A stretch of 64,000 bases of DNA from an uncultured Polyangiaceae bacterium (GTDB lineage: Bacteria > Myxococcota_A > Polyangia > Polyangiales > Polyangiaceae). Positions 53,871 to 63,881 of the stretch are shown here, piece by piece. The stretch lies in assembly GCA_964459035.1 (NCBI GenBank), contig CAYWLO010000003.1, positions 30,520 through 94,519 on the forward strand, in the 5' to 3' direction. Below the pieces are notes generated by a model. It was not told where the DNA came from, made no database searches, and saw only the letters and a program-made list of their open reading frames with translations. The position numbers were made by a program, and so were the translations under genes. The stretch's first letter is position 1. Each line of letters starts with the position of its first letter.

Positions 53871-55112
53871 TTAGAATGTGAGGCGCGCGGCGGCTCCGCC
53901 ACCATGACGATTGCCGTAGGGGGCCACCATGAGACGGGTTTTCTTTACTTTGGCGAGGGCCGCTTCTGCGGCGGCGTCGTCATGGGCTGTGAGGAGAACG
54001 TAACCTGTAACACCGAGGGTGATGGCTATGCCAAAGCTCATGTCAGCGATGAGTGCGTTGCGCTCAGCGGCGTCCGCATTTTCTGTAGTTGGATCGTCGT
54101 TGAAGTCGCTTTTGGCATTGAGGGCCAAAATACCAAAAATCGTCCCCGAGATGAGTCCCGCTCCCGCGAGACCGAGGGTGACAGCCGCAGGAACAATGCT
54201 GGGCTCCTTGACTGCTACAGCGGTAGTCGCCGCAACGGGAGCTGCAACTGGAGGAGCCACTTCGACTTGGACCAAGGTAACTTCTTGCTCGCTTTGGGCT
54301 CCACCGATGGCATTGAAATCGAGCAATTGGCTCTCGTGGCCCTCGAGGGCAACAGCGATTTTATGAGCTCCCTCGGGCAGAGAGAGTGTGAGAGGGGTGA
54401 CACCAGCGATTGCTTTACCGTCAACCGTTATGGTCGCTCCTGCCGGAACGCTGATCACTTTGAGGGCGGCCGGGAGTAGTTTGGTGAGCTCTTTAAGACG
54501 CGTTTGTGCTTTGTCTAGCTCAGGGGCACCCGCGTGATTTGCCCCAGGATTTGAGAGAAATTTAGAGTAGGCGTCTACTGTCTCCTGGAGATGCTCCCCT
54601 TGAGCGTCTGCCTTGTCGAGGGATGCGGCTATCCAGTACTCGGCGTGTGGCGAGGGGAGAATTTTGTGAGCTTTCTTAAATTCGTTGGCTGCACCCGCAA
54701 AGTCGCTGGACTCGAAGGCTGTCTTGCCGGCTTCGAAGGCGGTGCCAGCACTGGCAATTTGCTCGGGAGTGGGCGCGGTAGGAGTTTCGGCTTCAGGGGT
54801 AGTTGTTTTTTTGTCCTCTGCAGCTGGGCTCGTCTGAGTCTCGGGAGTTGTGGCACTGGCAGCGGCAGTTGTACTGGCAGCGGCAGTTGTACTGGCAGCG
54901 GCAGTTGTACTGGCAGCCGGCGGGGCTGCTTTTTTAGTCGTCTTTGCCTGAGGTGCTGGGGGCGTAGACGCTGCTGCTTCTGCAGAAAATGCTGCTGGAG
55001 CAAGTGTGGTCAACACCAGGGAGACTGAAAGGAGAGCTCCCCGGAGGGCCACGCGAGGTAAACGAGAGCGGGGAGAGAATGGCAGGGGACGACTGAGTAT
55101 AAACTTATGCAT
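53871..55112 (-). CDS. PEGA-domain protein with signal peptide, Ala/Thr-rich repeats and C-terminal TM segments
   Basis: I prefer ATG 55112 (MHKFILSRPL...LTTLAPAAFSAEAA). The PEGA block reads LKVISVPAGATITVDGKAIAGVTPLTLSLPEGAHKIAVALEGHE. A TPR-like helical segment is present, and the C-terminal hydrophobic segments are LGLAGAGLISGTIFGILAL and FGIAITLGVTGYVLL. Confidence 0.75.
   Translation of the reverse strand: MHKFILSRPLPFSPRSRLPRVALRGALLSVSLVLTTLAPAAFSAEAAASTPPAPQAKTTKKAAPPAASTTAAASTTAAASTTAAASATTPETQTSPAAEDKKTTTPEAETPTAPTPEQIASAGTAFEAGKTAFESSDFAGAANEFKKAHKILPSPHAEYWIAASLDKADAQGEHLQETVDAYSKFLSNPGANHAGAPELDKAQTRLKELTKLLPAALKVISVPAGATITVDGKAIAGVTPLTLSLPEGAHKIAVALEGHESQLLDFNAIGGAQSEQEVTLVQVEVAPPVAAPVAATTAVAVKEPSIVPAAVTLGLAGAGLISGTIFGILALNAKSDFNDDPTTENADAAERNALIADMSFGIAITLGVTGYVLLTAHDDAAAEAALAKVKKTRLMVAPYGNRHGGGAAARLTF
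54855..54917. repeat. about 3.5 x 18-bp tandem repeat (ACTGGCAGCGGCAGTTGT) encoding (AASTTA)n
   Basis: Read directly from the DNA. It is in frame within the PEGA-protein gene on the minus strand. Confidence 0.9.
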
Positions 55113-55259
55113 GTTCGATACGGCTCCGAGAAACCTGTTTTCTTTGGGCGAGCGCCCAATAGCGGTAGGATAAACCGGCAATGTCTCGCGCGACAATAGC
55201 TTGTTGATGATTGCGCCAATATGATAGGTTTTTGTCCCTAATTTCTCCATTTATCTTCT

Positions 55260-58200
55260 ATGGACTTGTCTCAAAAAGAGGACCACCAGAGTTCTCAACG
55301 CCCCCGTGCCCTCTCGGCCTCTGCCTCTGGCCCCGATTCGGGGCCCATTTTGCCCTCTTCTTCTGTCGAAGAAGAGATTGAGCGTTTTGCGGGGCAGCAG
55401 GCTCCTTTGGGGGCCTTTGCCGCACAAATACGCAGTGCCACAGCGCAGAGCGCCAAGGCGTCCTCGGCGGGGCGCTTGGCGCGTGTCTTAGCTCAGCGAA
55501 AGATTGAATTACGCGAAGCAATTGGTTTAGCTGAAAAGTCATTGAAACTAGACAGTGATCCCGATTTGGCGCGCGATCTCTCCCAATGGTGGGTGGGAGT
55601 TGGTGACTGTATTCGAGGAGCCGCTCTGCTGAAGTTGTGCCTGGTAGATTTACCAGAGGACGAGCAGGGGGAGGTTCTTCTGACAATCGCCCACCTTTAC
55701 GCTCGTGCTGGGCAATCACATCACGCGGTGCAGGCCCTGCGCGATGTGATGAAACGAGGAGACAGAGACGCGCGCCCCTATGAGATGCATGGGTCTTTTG
55801 GTTTTTGGTCCGATTTGGCGCCCGTCGAATGCTCTCTTTCTTATCTGCAGGCCGCTAAAATTCGAAAAAGCGCAGGAGAAGAGGCTGCTGCTTTTGAGAA
55901 TCTATTGCGCGCTTTTGAGGTGGCCCCCACATTTTCTGAGGCGGCTCAAGCCCTAGCTATCTCTTTGAGAGAAAAGGAGCGCGGGGGGGCTGCTGATGAG
56001 ATTTTACGAGAATACTTGCGAAGAGGTAGTGACGCGCAACGAGCAGCTCATCATCAACGAGCATTTTTGATTGCGTTAGCCGATACGGAGTATTCAAAAA
56101 GCTGGGAGTCGGCCTTGGAGGCCGAGTTGGAAATAGATTTAGACCCCCTTCGCTTGAGCGCTGTTTTGGCCGAGGAAGAGTGCAGCGAACCAGATGATTT
56201 CGAGTCTTTTTTGGTGCATTTGGCGCGTAAATCTAGCCTGGGAGATGAAGATTCGTTTACAATTGTTCTTCTTGCGCTGGTAGACGGGCATATCTTTGAT
56301 TGGGGCGAAGAACAGGTTTCTGCCTTGCGAGATCAGATAGCCACTTCATTGCCGGCAGCTCTTGAGCTGGGGGGAAGGGTTCCACGTGCCTTGGATTCGC
56401 CTGGAGACGAGCAAAAGTTACGCGAGTTGAGGAAAGAACTGCCTTTTGTATCAAGCCAGAGCGAGGGGAGAAGCTTGCGCTCAGAGATTGCTGTGAGAGA
56501 GTGCGCGCGGGGTGCGTGGGCTGATGCCTTTGAGGTATTTGAACCTCTCTTGCTGGATGAGGACCTCTCGCTCTACGTAGCTTCGTTGGGCGTGCTAATT
56601 GCCGGTCGCTGTCGCAACCTTCTTGGTCGCGCTCAAGCCTTGGTCCTTCAAGGAAAGAAATTACCAGGAGCCGTGGGTGCTGTGACTCTCGCTGTGTCGG
56701 GAGAAATGCTCCTCTCTCAGGGGCATTCGGCTGAGGCCCGTCGCGCAACGGAGGCGGCCATTGAACTTTCTCCAGCAAGTGAGCGCGCATTGGCATCACA
56801 AGCGGTGGTCGCTCTGAGTGCTCCCGAGGGGGCTTCTGCTGGTCAGTTGGAGCGTTCCCTTTCGGTTTTAGTAGCGCGCGGGGAAGCTTGCGCACTTTTA
56901 TGTGATTCTGCTAACGAACGTGAGTCATATCGCTTGGGCTTGACCTGGGCTGGTCGGGCGCTCGCCCTGCGTCCTGGAGACGAAAAAAGCATGAGAGTGC
57001 TTCTGGAGCAGGCGCAACGCACGGGAGACATTGCTTTGCTTGAAGAGTCCCTCTCTCATGTGATGTCCTTGCCCGCTCCGGCTACCTTGGTTGTTGAGAG
57101 CATCGCTCAAGCTATTGGGGGGCTCGGTGGTCTTTTACCTGAGGCTGCCGAAGAGCTTGGCTCCCGAGTCTTGGAGAATTTTGGAGTACGTTTCCCCGAG
57201 ATTGTTCGCTCTTTGACTGAATTGGGTCGGGCATGCGGCGCTCCTCGTCTTTTGGCGTCCATTACTGAGCGCCAATTGGTGACGGCGACTCGCCCCGAAC
57301 GAGCAGAGTTGTCTCTTGTGCTCTGTCGCCAGAGACTCAATAGCGGCGAGTCGAGTGCCGCTATTCGTGCCTTGCGTCGTGCCTTGGCCCAGGGGGCCGA
57401 ACCCACTTTGGTCGATGAGATTCTCAAAGATTTTTCGGAAAAAATTGATGCTGACGGTGTTCTAGCCCTCCTAGAAATTAGGGCTGATTTGCTCGAAAAG
57501 ACTGAGCCCTTGAATTTGAACGCTCGCGCTCGATCGCTCAGACATGTGGGAGTTGCGCGCTTTGATATGGCGCAAGATCTCATTGGCGCGGTACTTTTAT
57601 GGATCAAGGCGGCAGAAATTGAACCGGAATTTGGTTTAGAGCATTTGGGAAGACTCTTGCATCATTTGGCTGGCCCCGAGGGAGCGATTGAGCATTTGCG
57701 GAGGATAGCCGCCCAGACTGAGGCCCCCGAACGCTCGGGTAAGCTCTTAGGGCTTGTAGCTTGTGAACTGCGCAGTTTAGGCAAAAAAGAAGAGGCATTT
57801 GCCACCTGTGTAGACGCCCTGCAGAGAGCTCCTTTACTGACAGAGTTTTTAGTCGTCGCAGAGAGCTGTGCTGAAGCTAGTCAAACGCCAGAGTTGAGCG
57901 ATCTTTATGACCAGATGCTCAAAGCTGTCATGGGGAGCTATGGCGAGCGAGCGCTGCATTACCGCGCGGCTTGTGAGCTAGAAAGTCGTGGTGTTCTGGA
58001 CTCCGCTCTCGCTCATGCTTGTGCTGCTTTCGAAGCCGTTCCTAGTGATGGGGTGACGTTTGTATTGATGTCACGCTTGGGAAGTCTTTGTGCGAGTCCC
58101 GAAGTGGTGGTGGGCGCCTTGGAGCGTGCGGCGGGCGCAGCAGAGTCTGATGAAGAGCGAACGCGTTGGCTGGGCAAGGCCGCAGAAGCTGCAGACAGTG

Positions 58201-61200
58201 AGAGCCTAGGAGGGAGACAGCGGGTGAGCATTCTTCTCAGAGCGGCTCAACTATCTCCCGACTCAGGGACGATAGCTTCTCTTTTGGATGCGATTGCGCA
58301 TTCCCTGACGGACTACCCAGAGTCTAGTGGGGAATTGTGGGGGCAATTCAAGGGTGTAGCCGTTGAGTTGCTCAGCCATGCGACGGGTGCTCATGGCGCC
58401 GAAGTCGCTCTCGAATTGGGTGTAGCCGCCATCACTCATTTTGACGAGATTGGATTTGCCCTTGATTGCTTATTGACAGCAGTTCGTGAAGATATAGAAA
58501 TACCAGAATACGAAAAGTTGATTACTTTTTGTCCTCAGTTGGCGCAGAATAAAGAGGGCGCCGCGGGACTAGTGCAAGGGGTAAAAGATAGAATCTCTGC
58601 GGGGGGGCATTTAGGGGGATCTTTGGCCAGGCTCAGCGCAGAAATTGCTGAAGCTTTAGGAGATACCGAGTCTCAAATGGAAATTTTGGTTCGCGGTGCG
58701 GTGGACTTTCCAGAAGATGAGGAGCTTTTGGGCCTAGCCCGTGGGGTGGTCAATGGTGCCGAGCGTTTCGACCTTTTGATGGAGATTGAGTCTCTCATGC
58801 CGATGGTGACTCGCATGTCTTCAGTGATGCATCGATTAGGAGATCTTTCGCCTCGGGATGGTCTGGACGCCCTCTTGGAATTGGACTTGGACGTGGCCCC
58901 TCATAAATTGCACGTTCACCTATTGCAGGCGATTGGGGAGCGCCAAAACGAATTGGGCGAGAGTTTTGATGCAGCTCTAACTTATAGAGAACTTCATGAA
59001 CTGGAGCCCGACAACGAGCTTGGTTTACGGGGCGTTCAGGCTGAGGCTGCGCGTCAGGGAGACTATGAGGAAGTTGTGCGTGTGCTTCAGGTTCTTTTGA
59101 ACTTGGCGCAAGATGACTCTTTGCGAATTGTTCACGGTCTTGAAATTGCTAAGATCTTGGACGACGAATTAACCCGTCCTCAGGACGCCCGACATATGCT
59201 GCAGGGCTTGGCCGATGAATTTGGCAGCGAGACCGCCCGAGAGCGATTGGCCGAATCGTGGGAGCGCTCCGGTGATTTTCAGGAAGCGGCTGAAATTTGG
59301 CTCCTCGCTCAAAAAGGGGCGCTTGAGGCCGAGGTCGCCGACCGAGCTGCCTACCGGGCAGCTTCTTGTTTTTTGCGAGGAGGAGTGATTCGAAAGTCGA
59401 AGTCTGCTCTAGGGTTGATCAAGTCTTCTTTACCTCACTACAACGAGCTTGCTCTGGAAATAGCGCGAAAGCTGGAGGACAAGGACGCGGTCCGTGATGC
59501 TTTGATTCGAGCGGCTGAGGCAGCGGGTGACGATGGAGCTCAAGCGAGTCCTCTCTATTTGGAGGCAGCCCAGTTGGCTCTCGACTCGGGGGACCAAGAG
59601 CAGGGGCGACGCTGGTCAGAACTAGCTAGAAAAGCCGCCCCCGACAATCCCGAGGTGTGTTTACTCACTGTGCATCTCATGATGTTGCAGGCTTGTCCTC
59701 GCAATAAAGAAGAGTCTCAAGAACTAATGGCGGTTCTCAATAATACTTTCGAGTTAGAGAGCGAGGGGGCAGTCGATTTGCGCGAATTTGCCCGAGCTCA
59801 ATGCGCACAATTCCTGGAGTCTGAGAGTGCAGCCCGCGCGGTGTTGCATGATGCTATCGAAAAGTGGGGCGAGCGCTCGCTTTTTCTTTGGGGGCTTGCC
59901 CAATTACGTCAGGAGGAGCCCGAGGCGGTTCTGCCCCTCCTTGAGTCCGCGATTGGTGGTGAACTCTATGGGTTAGTTTCTCAGGGGGCGTTGCTCTTTC
60001 AAGCCGGAGAAATGGCGAAATCTCTTGGGGACTTTGCTCGCGCTCGGGGCTTGCTCTCCACGATAGAGGAGACCGCGGCCGAACGGTCGAAGGCGCTAGA
60101 AGTTCTCCAAGAGATTGCGTCTCAAGAACTCAATCGGGAGCGCGATACAGCTCTACAGGTCTTGACTGCAGAAAAAAAGCAAGCGGAGCGAGAAGCCGCT
60201 GAGTTGCAGGCAAAAAAGCAAGCGGAGCGAGAAGCCGCTGAGCTGCAGGCAAAAAAGCAAGCGGAGCTGAGGATTCAAAAGGAGCGCGAAATTGAACGTG
60301 CAGCTCGTTCTCGGCGAGCCGCAGATCAGCGCGAGTCCCTGCGAATCGCTGCTCGCCAAGAGCATCTGCACGCAACTCGGGCGGCATCGGAACACGAAGA
60401 ACTAGCTCCCCCTGCCAAAGCGCTTTCCGAGCGACCTTCGGCTCCCGCCCTGACTCAGACCAGTGCCCTCCCTCAAGAAGAGCTCCTGGCCGCGGAGTTA
60501 GGTGGTAGATTCTCACCTCCAAAAATTCCTGATTTGGGGGCGATGGATGAATTGGGGCCACGACCTGGCGCGAGCGAAGCTGCGAATAGTTCGAGGCTAG
60601 TAGATTCTGAGCGAGCAGCCCCTCGCTCGGCGCGGGGATCGCGCATACCTCCCAAGACTGGAAGATCCGAAAGCCAATTGGTGGCCAACCTGGAAACGGG
60701 TGACATCGCCTCGGGGCTGGAACTCTTAGAGCGCCTTACCGATGATAGAACACGGTCGCGAGATGCAATGGTTGTGGCCCAACACCTCGCGGCTCTCGAT
60801 CCTGGTGACGCGAGTTTGCTGGGCCGTCTTGTTTCTACTGCCTCACGAGATGGGAATACCGCCTTGGCTCGTGCTGTTCGCCACGTACTTGGTGCTTATG
60901 GCGCCGGGGACCCAGTGGTCGCTCCGCGCATGGACGAATTGGAGGAGCGGGGCTCGGCTGCGAGGGCGCTCCTCACCCAGGCTGCATCCTCGCCCATCCA
61001 TGAAGCTATTGGACTGGTGTGGGAACATGCGTCATCTCTCTACAAGAAGGACATCGCAAGTTACGGCATTTCGGGAATAGAGAGGGTGCAGAGAACAGCT
61101 GATACGCCCATTGGTCGATTGTACCGGGGGGCGTCGCGTGTGCTCGACATGAGCCGGACAGCGGTTTTTAGAATCTCTGGGCAAGAAGATATTGCAATGC

Positions 61201-61769
61201 AAGTTGTGTTGATGGTGCCCCCAGCTGTGCTGGTTGCAGGGGATCTCTCCGAGGAATCGCCCGAATTGAGCTTTCATTTTGGAGCCATGTTAGCGGCTGC
61301 AAGTCCCGAGCATGCTTTGCTCTTTGGTTGCGCTCCCGAGGAGACGCAACACCTACTGGATGCCTTGGCTCTTTCCTTTGGTTCGGGCAGGGCTGGAAAT
61401 GGAGAGCGGCCTCATCCTGAGGTGACGAGGATAGCCTCGTTTTTCTGGGAAACAATTCCAGCTCGCGCTCAACGGCGTCTCTCTCAACTCTGCTCCGAGC
61501 CGGACTCTCTCGATTTTGCCGCAGTAGCTCAGTCTTCTCGTAAAATTCTTAGGCGGGCAGGCTTACTCGTTTGCGGCGATCTACCCACTGCGATAGCGGA
61601 CGCTTGTAGCGAGTCGGGCGTGACGCCCCCTTCCTCTTTAGCCGAGCTTTCTGCGAGAGCGCGTGAACTCCCCGCGGTAGCAGATTTATTGGGTTTGGCC
61701 ATTTCACCAGAGTATGCAGAGCTGAGATTTCATGAACGAATGCCATCAGCGAGTACGCGCTCGAGCTAA
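55260..61769 (+). CDS. giant TPR/helical-repeat protein (2169 aa) with a C-terminal module shared with the 1903-aa protein
   Basis: A single uninterrupted ORF, helical-repeat rich (FENLLRAFEVAPTFSEAAQAL, ATEAAIELSPASERAL, ALTYRELHELEPDNELGL...). It has a coiled-coil KKQAEREAAELQA repeat and a C-terminal roughly 250-aa non-repeat region. Confidence 0.8.
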   Translation: MDLSQKEDHQSSQRPRALSASASGPDSGPILPSSSVEEEIERFAGQQAPLGAFAAQIRSATAQSAKASSAGRLARVLAQRKIELREAIGLAEKSLKLDSDPDLARDLSQWWVGVGDCIRGAALLKLCLVDLPEDEQGEVLLTIAHLYARAGQSHHAVQALRDVMKRGDRDARPYEMHGSFGFWSDLAPVECSLSYLQAAKIRKSAGEEAAAFENLLRAFEVAPTFSEAAQALAISLREKERGGAADEILREYLRRGSDAQRAAHHQRAFLIALADTEYSKSWESALEAELEIDLDPLRLSAVLAEEECSEPDDFESFLVHLARKSSLGDEDSFTIVLLALVDGHIFDWGEEQVSALRDQIATSLPAALELGGRVPRALDSPGDEQKLRELRKELPFVSSQSEGRSLRSEIAVRECARGAWADAFEVFEPLLLDEDLSLYVASLGVLIAGRCRNLLGRAQALVLQGKKLPGAVGAVTLAVSGEMLLSQGHSAEARRATEAAIELSPASERALASQAVVALSAPEGASAGQLERSLSVLVARGEACALLCDSANERESYRLGLTWAGRALALRPGDEKSMRVLLEQAQRTGDIALLEESLSHVMSLPAPATLVVESIAQAIGGLGGLLPEAAEELGSRVLENFGVRFPEIVRSLTELGRACGAPRLLASITERQLVTATRPERAELSLVLCRQRLNSGESSAAIRALRRALAQGAEPTLVDEILKDFSEKIDADGVLALLEIRADLLEKTEPLNLNARARSLRHVGVARFDMAQDLIGAVLLWIKAAEIEPEFGLEHLGRLLHHLAGPEGAIEHLRRIAAQTEAPERSGKLLGLVACELRSLGKKEEAFATCVDALQRAPLLTEFLVVAESCAEASQTPELSDLYDQMLKAVMGSYGERALHYRAACELESRGVLDSALAHACAAFEAVPSDGVTFVLMSRLGSLCASPEVVVGALERAAGAAESDEERTRWLGKAAEAADSESLGGRQRVSILLRAAQLSPDSGTIASLLDAIAHSLTDYPESSGELWGQFKGVAVELLSHATGAHGAEVALELGVAAITHFDEIGFALDCLLTAVREDIEIPEYEKLITFCPQLAQNKEGAAGLVQGVKDRISAGGHLGGSLARLSAEIAEALGDTESQMEILVRGAVDFPEDEELLGLARGVVNGAERFDLLMEIESLMPMVTRMSSVMHRLGDLSPRDGLDALLELDLDVAPHKLHVHLLQAIGERQNELGESFDAALTYRELHELEPDNELGLRGVQAEAARQGDYEEVVRVLQVLLNLAQDDSLRIVHGLEIAKILDDELTRPQDARHMLQGLADEFGSETARERLAESWERSGDFQEAAEIWLLAQKGALEAEVADRAAYRAASCFLRGGVIRKSKSALGLIKSSLPHYNELALEIARKLEDKDAVRDALIRAAEAAGDDGAQASPLYLEAAQLALDSGDQEQGRRWSELARKAAPDNPEVCLLTVHLMMLQACPRNKEESQELMAVLNNTFELESEGAVDLREFARAQCAQFLESESAARAVLHDAIEKWGERSLFLWGLAQLRQEEPEAVLPLLESAIGGELYGLVSQGALLFQAGEMAKSLGDFARARGLLSTIEETAAERSKALEVLQEIASQELNRERDTALQVLTAEKKQAEREAAELQAKKQAEREAAELQAKKQAELRIQKEREIERAARSRRAADQRESLRIAARQEHLHATRAASEHEELAPPAKALSERPSAPALTQTSALPQEELLAAELGGRFSPPKIPDLGAMDELGPRPGASEAANSSRLVDSERAAPRSARGSRIPPKTGRSESQLVANLETGDIASGLELLERLTDDRTRSRDAMVVAQHLAALDPGDASLLGRLVSTASRDGNTALARAVRHVLGAYGAGDPVVAPRMDELEERGSAARALLTQAASSPIHEAIGLVWEHASSLYKKDIASYGISGIERVQRTADTPIGRLYRGASRVLDMSRTAVFRISGQEDIAMQVVLMVPPAVLVAGDLSEESPELSFHFGAMLAAASPEHALLFGCAPEETQHLLDALALSFGSGRAGNGERPHPEVTRIASFFWETIPARAQRRLSQLCSEPDSLDFAAVAQSSRKILRRAGLLVCGDLPTAIADACSESGVTPPSSLAELSARARELPAVADLLGLAISPEYAELRFHERMPSASTRSS
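60173..60267 (+). repeat. about 2.4 x 39-bp tandem repeat encoding KKQAEREAAELQA
   Basis: AAAAAAGCAAGCGGAGCGAGAAGCCGCTGAG(T/C)TGCAGGC is repeated with one mismatch between units. It is in frame. Confidence 0.9.
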
Positions 61770-61984
61770 GAGCTATTGAAACCCTGACAGGGCTGTCCGG
61801 GATGAATTGAGATAAAAACCAGAAAACACGTCAGATCGCTGCCTGGCACGTGACTTGCGTAGTCAGGGATTGTAATTTGAACCTTGATTCTGCGAGTTTT
61901 ATGAATTTACAGCCATCTCCAGCGCGCCCATTGAAGAAATTGCCATTCGGATGGGGATTTTCAAGAAGCACACAGCCTTTGTTC

Positions 61985-63796
61985 ATGTCTCCTATTTTCA
62001 ATAAAATTCCTTTAGTAGGGGGCGTGGTTCTGGGGTTCTTGCTCGCTGGCTGTAGCGTCGATTATCGAGAGAGCGAAGAGTCGAGTCTGTCGGTCAACTC
62101 GTGTGAGCGTGCGGCCGAGTGCGAGGGAGGGCGTTGCATTGACGGACAATGTCGCGCTCAACAATCGGAGTTATCGGCGTTTCTCTTAGAAGTGGTGGCC
62201 CCCTCCGGGACACCAAATATTGCGGGCGTCAACTTTACCAGAGTGGTGCGAGACATTGAAAATGCTCGCTACGATATCGAGTTGGACCACGTTAGTCGAA
62301 TCTCAGGGCTCGTCGTCTTGGCAGAATCAGATGGTGCTTCATGCGTAAAAGACGAGGGGGCAGAAAGCTATCCCCCTTCGAGCGATGGCAGTCTACCCGT
62401 AAGAATTACCTTGACTCCCCGCGAGCGATTGTGGGGTTTACCCAGCCCAACCCATTCGGCTGAAGTCTCACTACTCGACAATGAAACGAATCAGTATGAG
62501 ATTGCGCTGAATGTTCCTTCTGGCAAGTACGATATTTATGTAGAGCCTCTTGGCGTAAGCGATAAGGGCTGCACAATTCCCCCTTACTTGATTGTCGATC
62601 AAGAATTAGTTTCAGGTGATGTAAAATTAAACTTGCAGCTACCACCCGCAGGCCCTCTTTCGGTCACCATCGACTATCCCACGCTTAAAGATGACCTTTC
62701 GCAATGGATTGTTGATATTATCGATCGAGATACGGGACGTTTACTCTCCAATCGTGTCACTTTAGGAGAGCCAATTTCTCAAGGAGGTAGTTTGAAGTAC
62801 ATGAGCTCCCTTGCTTTTTCTGAAATTGGGGGCACATCAACAAATACCGCTACTGAGTTAGTGCGTCTTTCTCCTCCAGAAGAAGCTGTCGCCCCTATTC
62901 TTTACGTGGAGCGCAGCGTCGTGGATCTCTTTCAGGGCGGAACCGGGCTCATCGACCAACTGGAGGAACTTCCTCCCCCTGTTCAGTTTAGCGCAAGGAG
63001 CACATTGCTTGGCGCATCCAAGGCCGCTCCGGCCAGCGTTCATCTGATTGCCGTTGAGCTACTTTCTACTCGTCCCGGAACCATCGCTTCTTTTGAACGG
63101 CGGGTGCAGACCGATGAAGACGGTTTCTTTCAAGTTGAATTATTGCCTGGGCAATATCGCATGTTGACTGAGCCATTTGACCCCAGACTGAGGCGCTCTG
63201 AGACTCTTGTTACAATTAGCGACGAAGCCGAGACTCAAATAGGAAAAACAATCGAATTGTCTCAGCGCTTTAGGCTCAATGGCAAGGTGATGAGCTTTCA
63301 GGGAGAGCCCGTTGCAGGTGCGCCAGTGGTTGCCCGCTCGGTATTTCAAAATACCAATACCCGCGTAATTGACTATGCTTTGGGAAGAAGCTCTCCCTCG
63401 CCCTCTAGTCCAGGTACAACAAGTGGTCTCAACGGAGAATTTCTCTTTTGGGTAAACCCAGGAAATTACCATTTTTCTGCAAGGCCGGAGCCCAGTACAG
63501 GCTTTGCCTGGGCTATTCTACTTCATGTTCAAGCAGAAGAAGCAAACGCAGATTTGGGAAGAATTGTCCTGGAGCTGCCCGTTGTGCTGGGGGGAAAGCT
63601 GAGTTCCAAAGATGTTGGAGACGCTACAGCCGGAACGGATTTGGTTCCGGACGCGTTGATTCGAGCCTATGCCTTCCTAAAAGAGGGTAAATTGGCTGAT
63701 GGACCCGAATCGGCCGACGCGGTGATTCCAATTGCAGAGAGCCGAGTCGACGGCGAGGGACGCTATCAACTCCTTCTGCCCTCATCTTTGAAGTGA
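61985..63796 (+). CDS. Cys-rich lipoprotein with carboxypeptidase-regulatory-like beta-sandwich repeats
   Basis: I prefer ATG 61985 (MSPIFNKIPLVGGVVLGFLLAGC, lipobox LLAGC). The Cys motif is CERAAECEGGRCIDGQC. Repeated motifs of the CarboxypepD_reg type follow (GKYDIYVEP, DGFFQVELLPGQYRMLTEP, NGEFLFWVNPGNYHFSARP, GRYQLLLPS). Upstream alternative starts are at 61850 and 61901. Confidence 0.65.
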   Translation: MSPIFNKIPLVGGVVLGFLLAGCSVDYRESEESSLSVNSCERAAECEGGRCIDGQCRAQQSELSAFLLEVVAPSGTPNIAGVNFTRVVRDIENARYDIELDHVSRISGLVVLAESDGASCVKDEGAESYPPSSDGSLPVRITLTPRERLWGLPSPTHSAEVSLLDNETNQYEIALNVPSGKYDIYVEPLGVSDKGCTIPPYLIVDQELVSGDVKLNLQLPPAGPLSVTIDYPTLKDDLSQWIVDIIDRDTGRLLSNRVTLGEPISQGGSLKYMSSLAFSEIGGTSTNTATELVRLSPPEEAVAPILYVERSVVDLFQGGTGLIDQLEELPPPVQFSARSTLLGASKAAPASVHLIAVELLSTRPGTIASFERRVQTDEDGFFQVELLPGQYRMLTEPFDPRLRRSETLVTISDEAETQIGKTIELSQRFRLNGKVMSFQGEPVAGAPVVARSVFQNTNTRVIDYALGRSSPSPSSPGTTSGLNGEFLFWVNPGNYHFSARPEPSTGFAWAILLHVQAEEANADLGRIVLELPVVLGGKLSSKDVGDATAGTDLVPDALIRAYAFLKEGKLADGPESADAVIPIAESRVDGEGRYQLLLPSSLK

Positions 63797-63881
63797 GGCT
63801 GAAACGGCTAAAAAGAAGGCTATTATTGACCCTGCATCCTAGCGGGAACCATGCTCTCGGTATAACCTAGTCTCAATTACA

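Noticed and set aside
53904-55028. Long plus-strand ORFs (53904-54479, 54019-54366, 54591-55028) and the minus-strand ORF 54629-55003
   Set aside because: They are antisense to or out of frame with the PEGA-protein gene. They are created by GC-rich Ala/Thr repeat DNA and have no motifs.
50824-60267. Possibility that the tandem repeats (50824-50913, 54855-54917, 60173-60267) are CRISPR arrays
   Set aside because: The units are directly adjacent with no spacers, lie in frame inside coding regions, and no cas genes are present.
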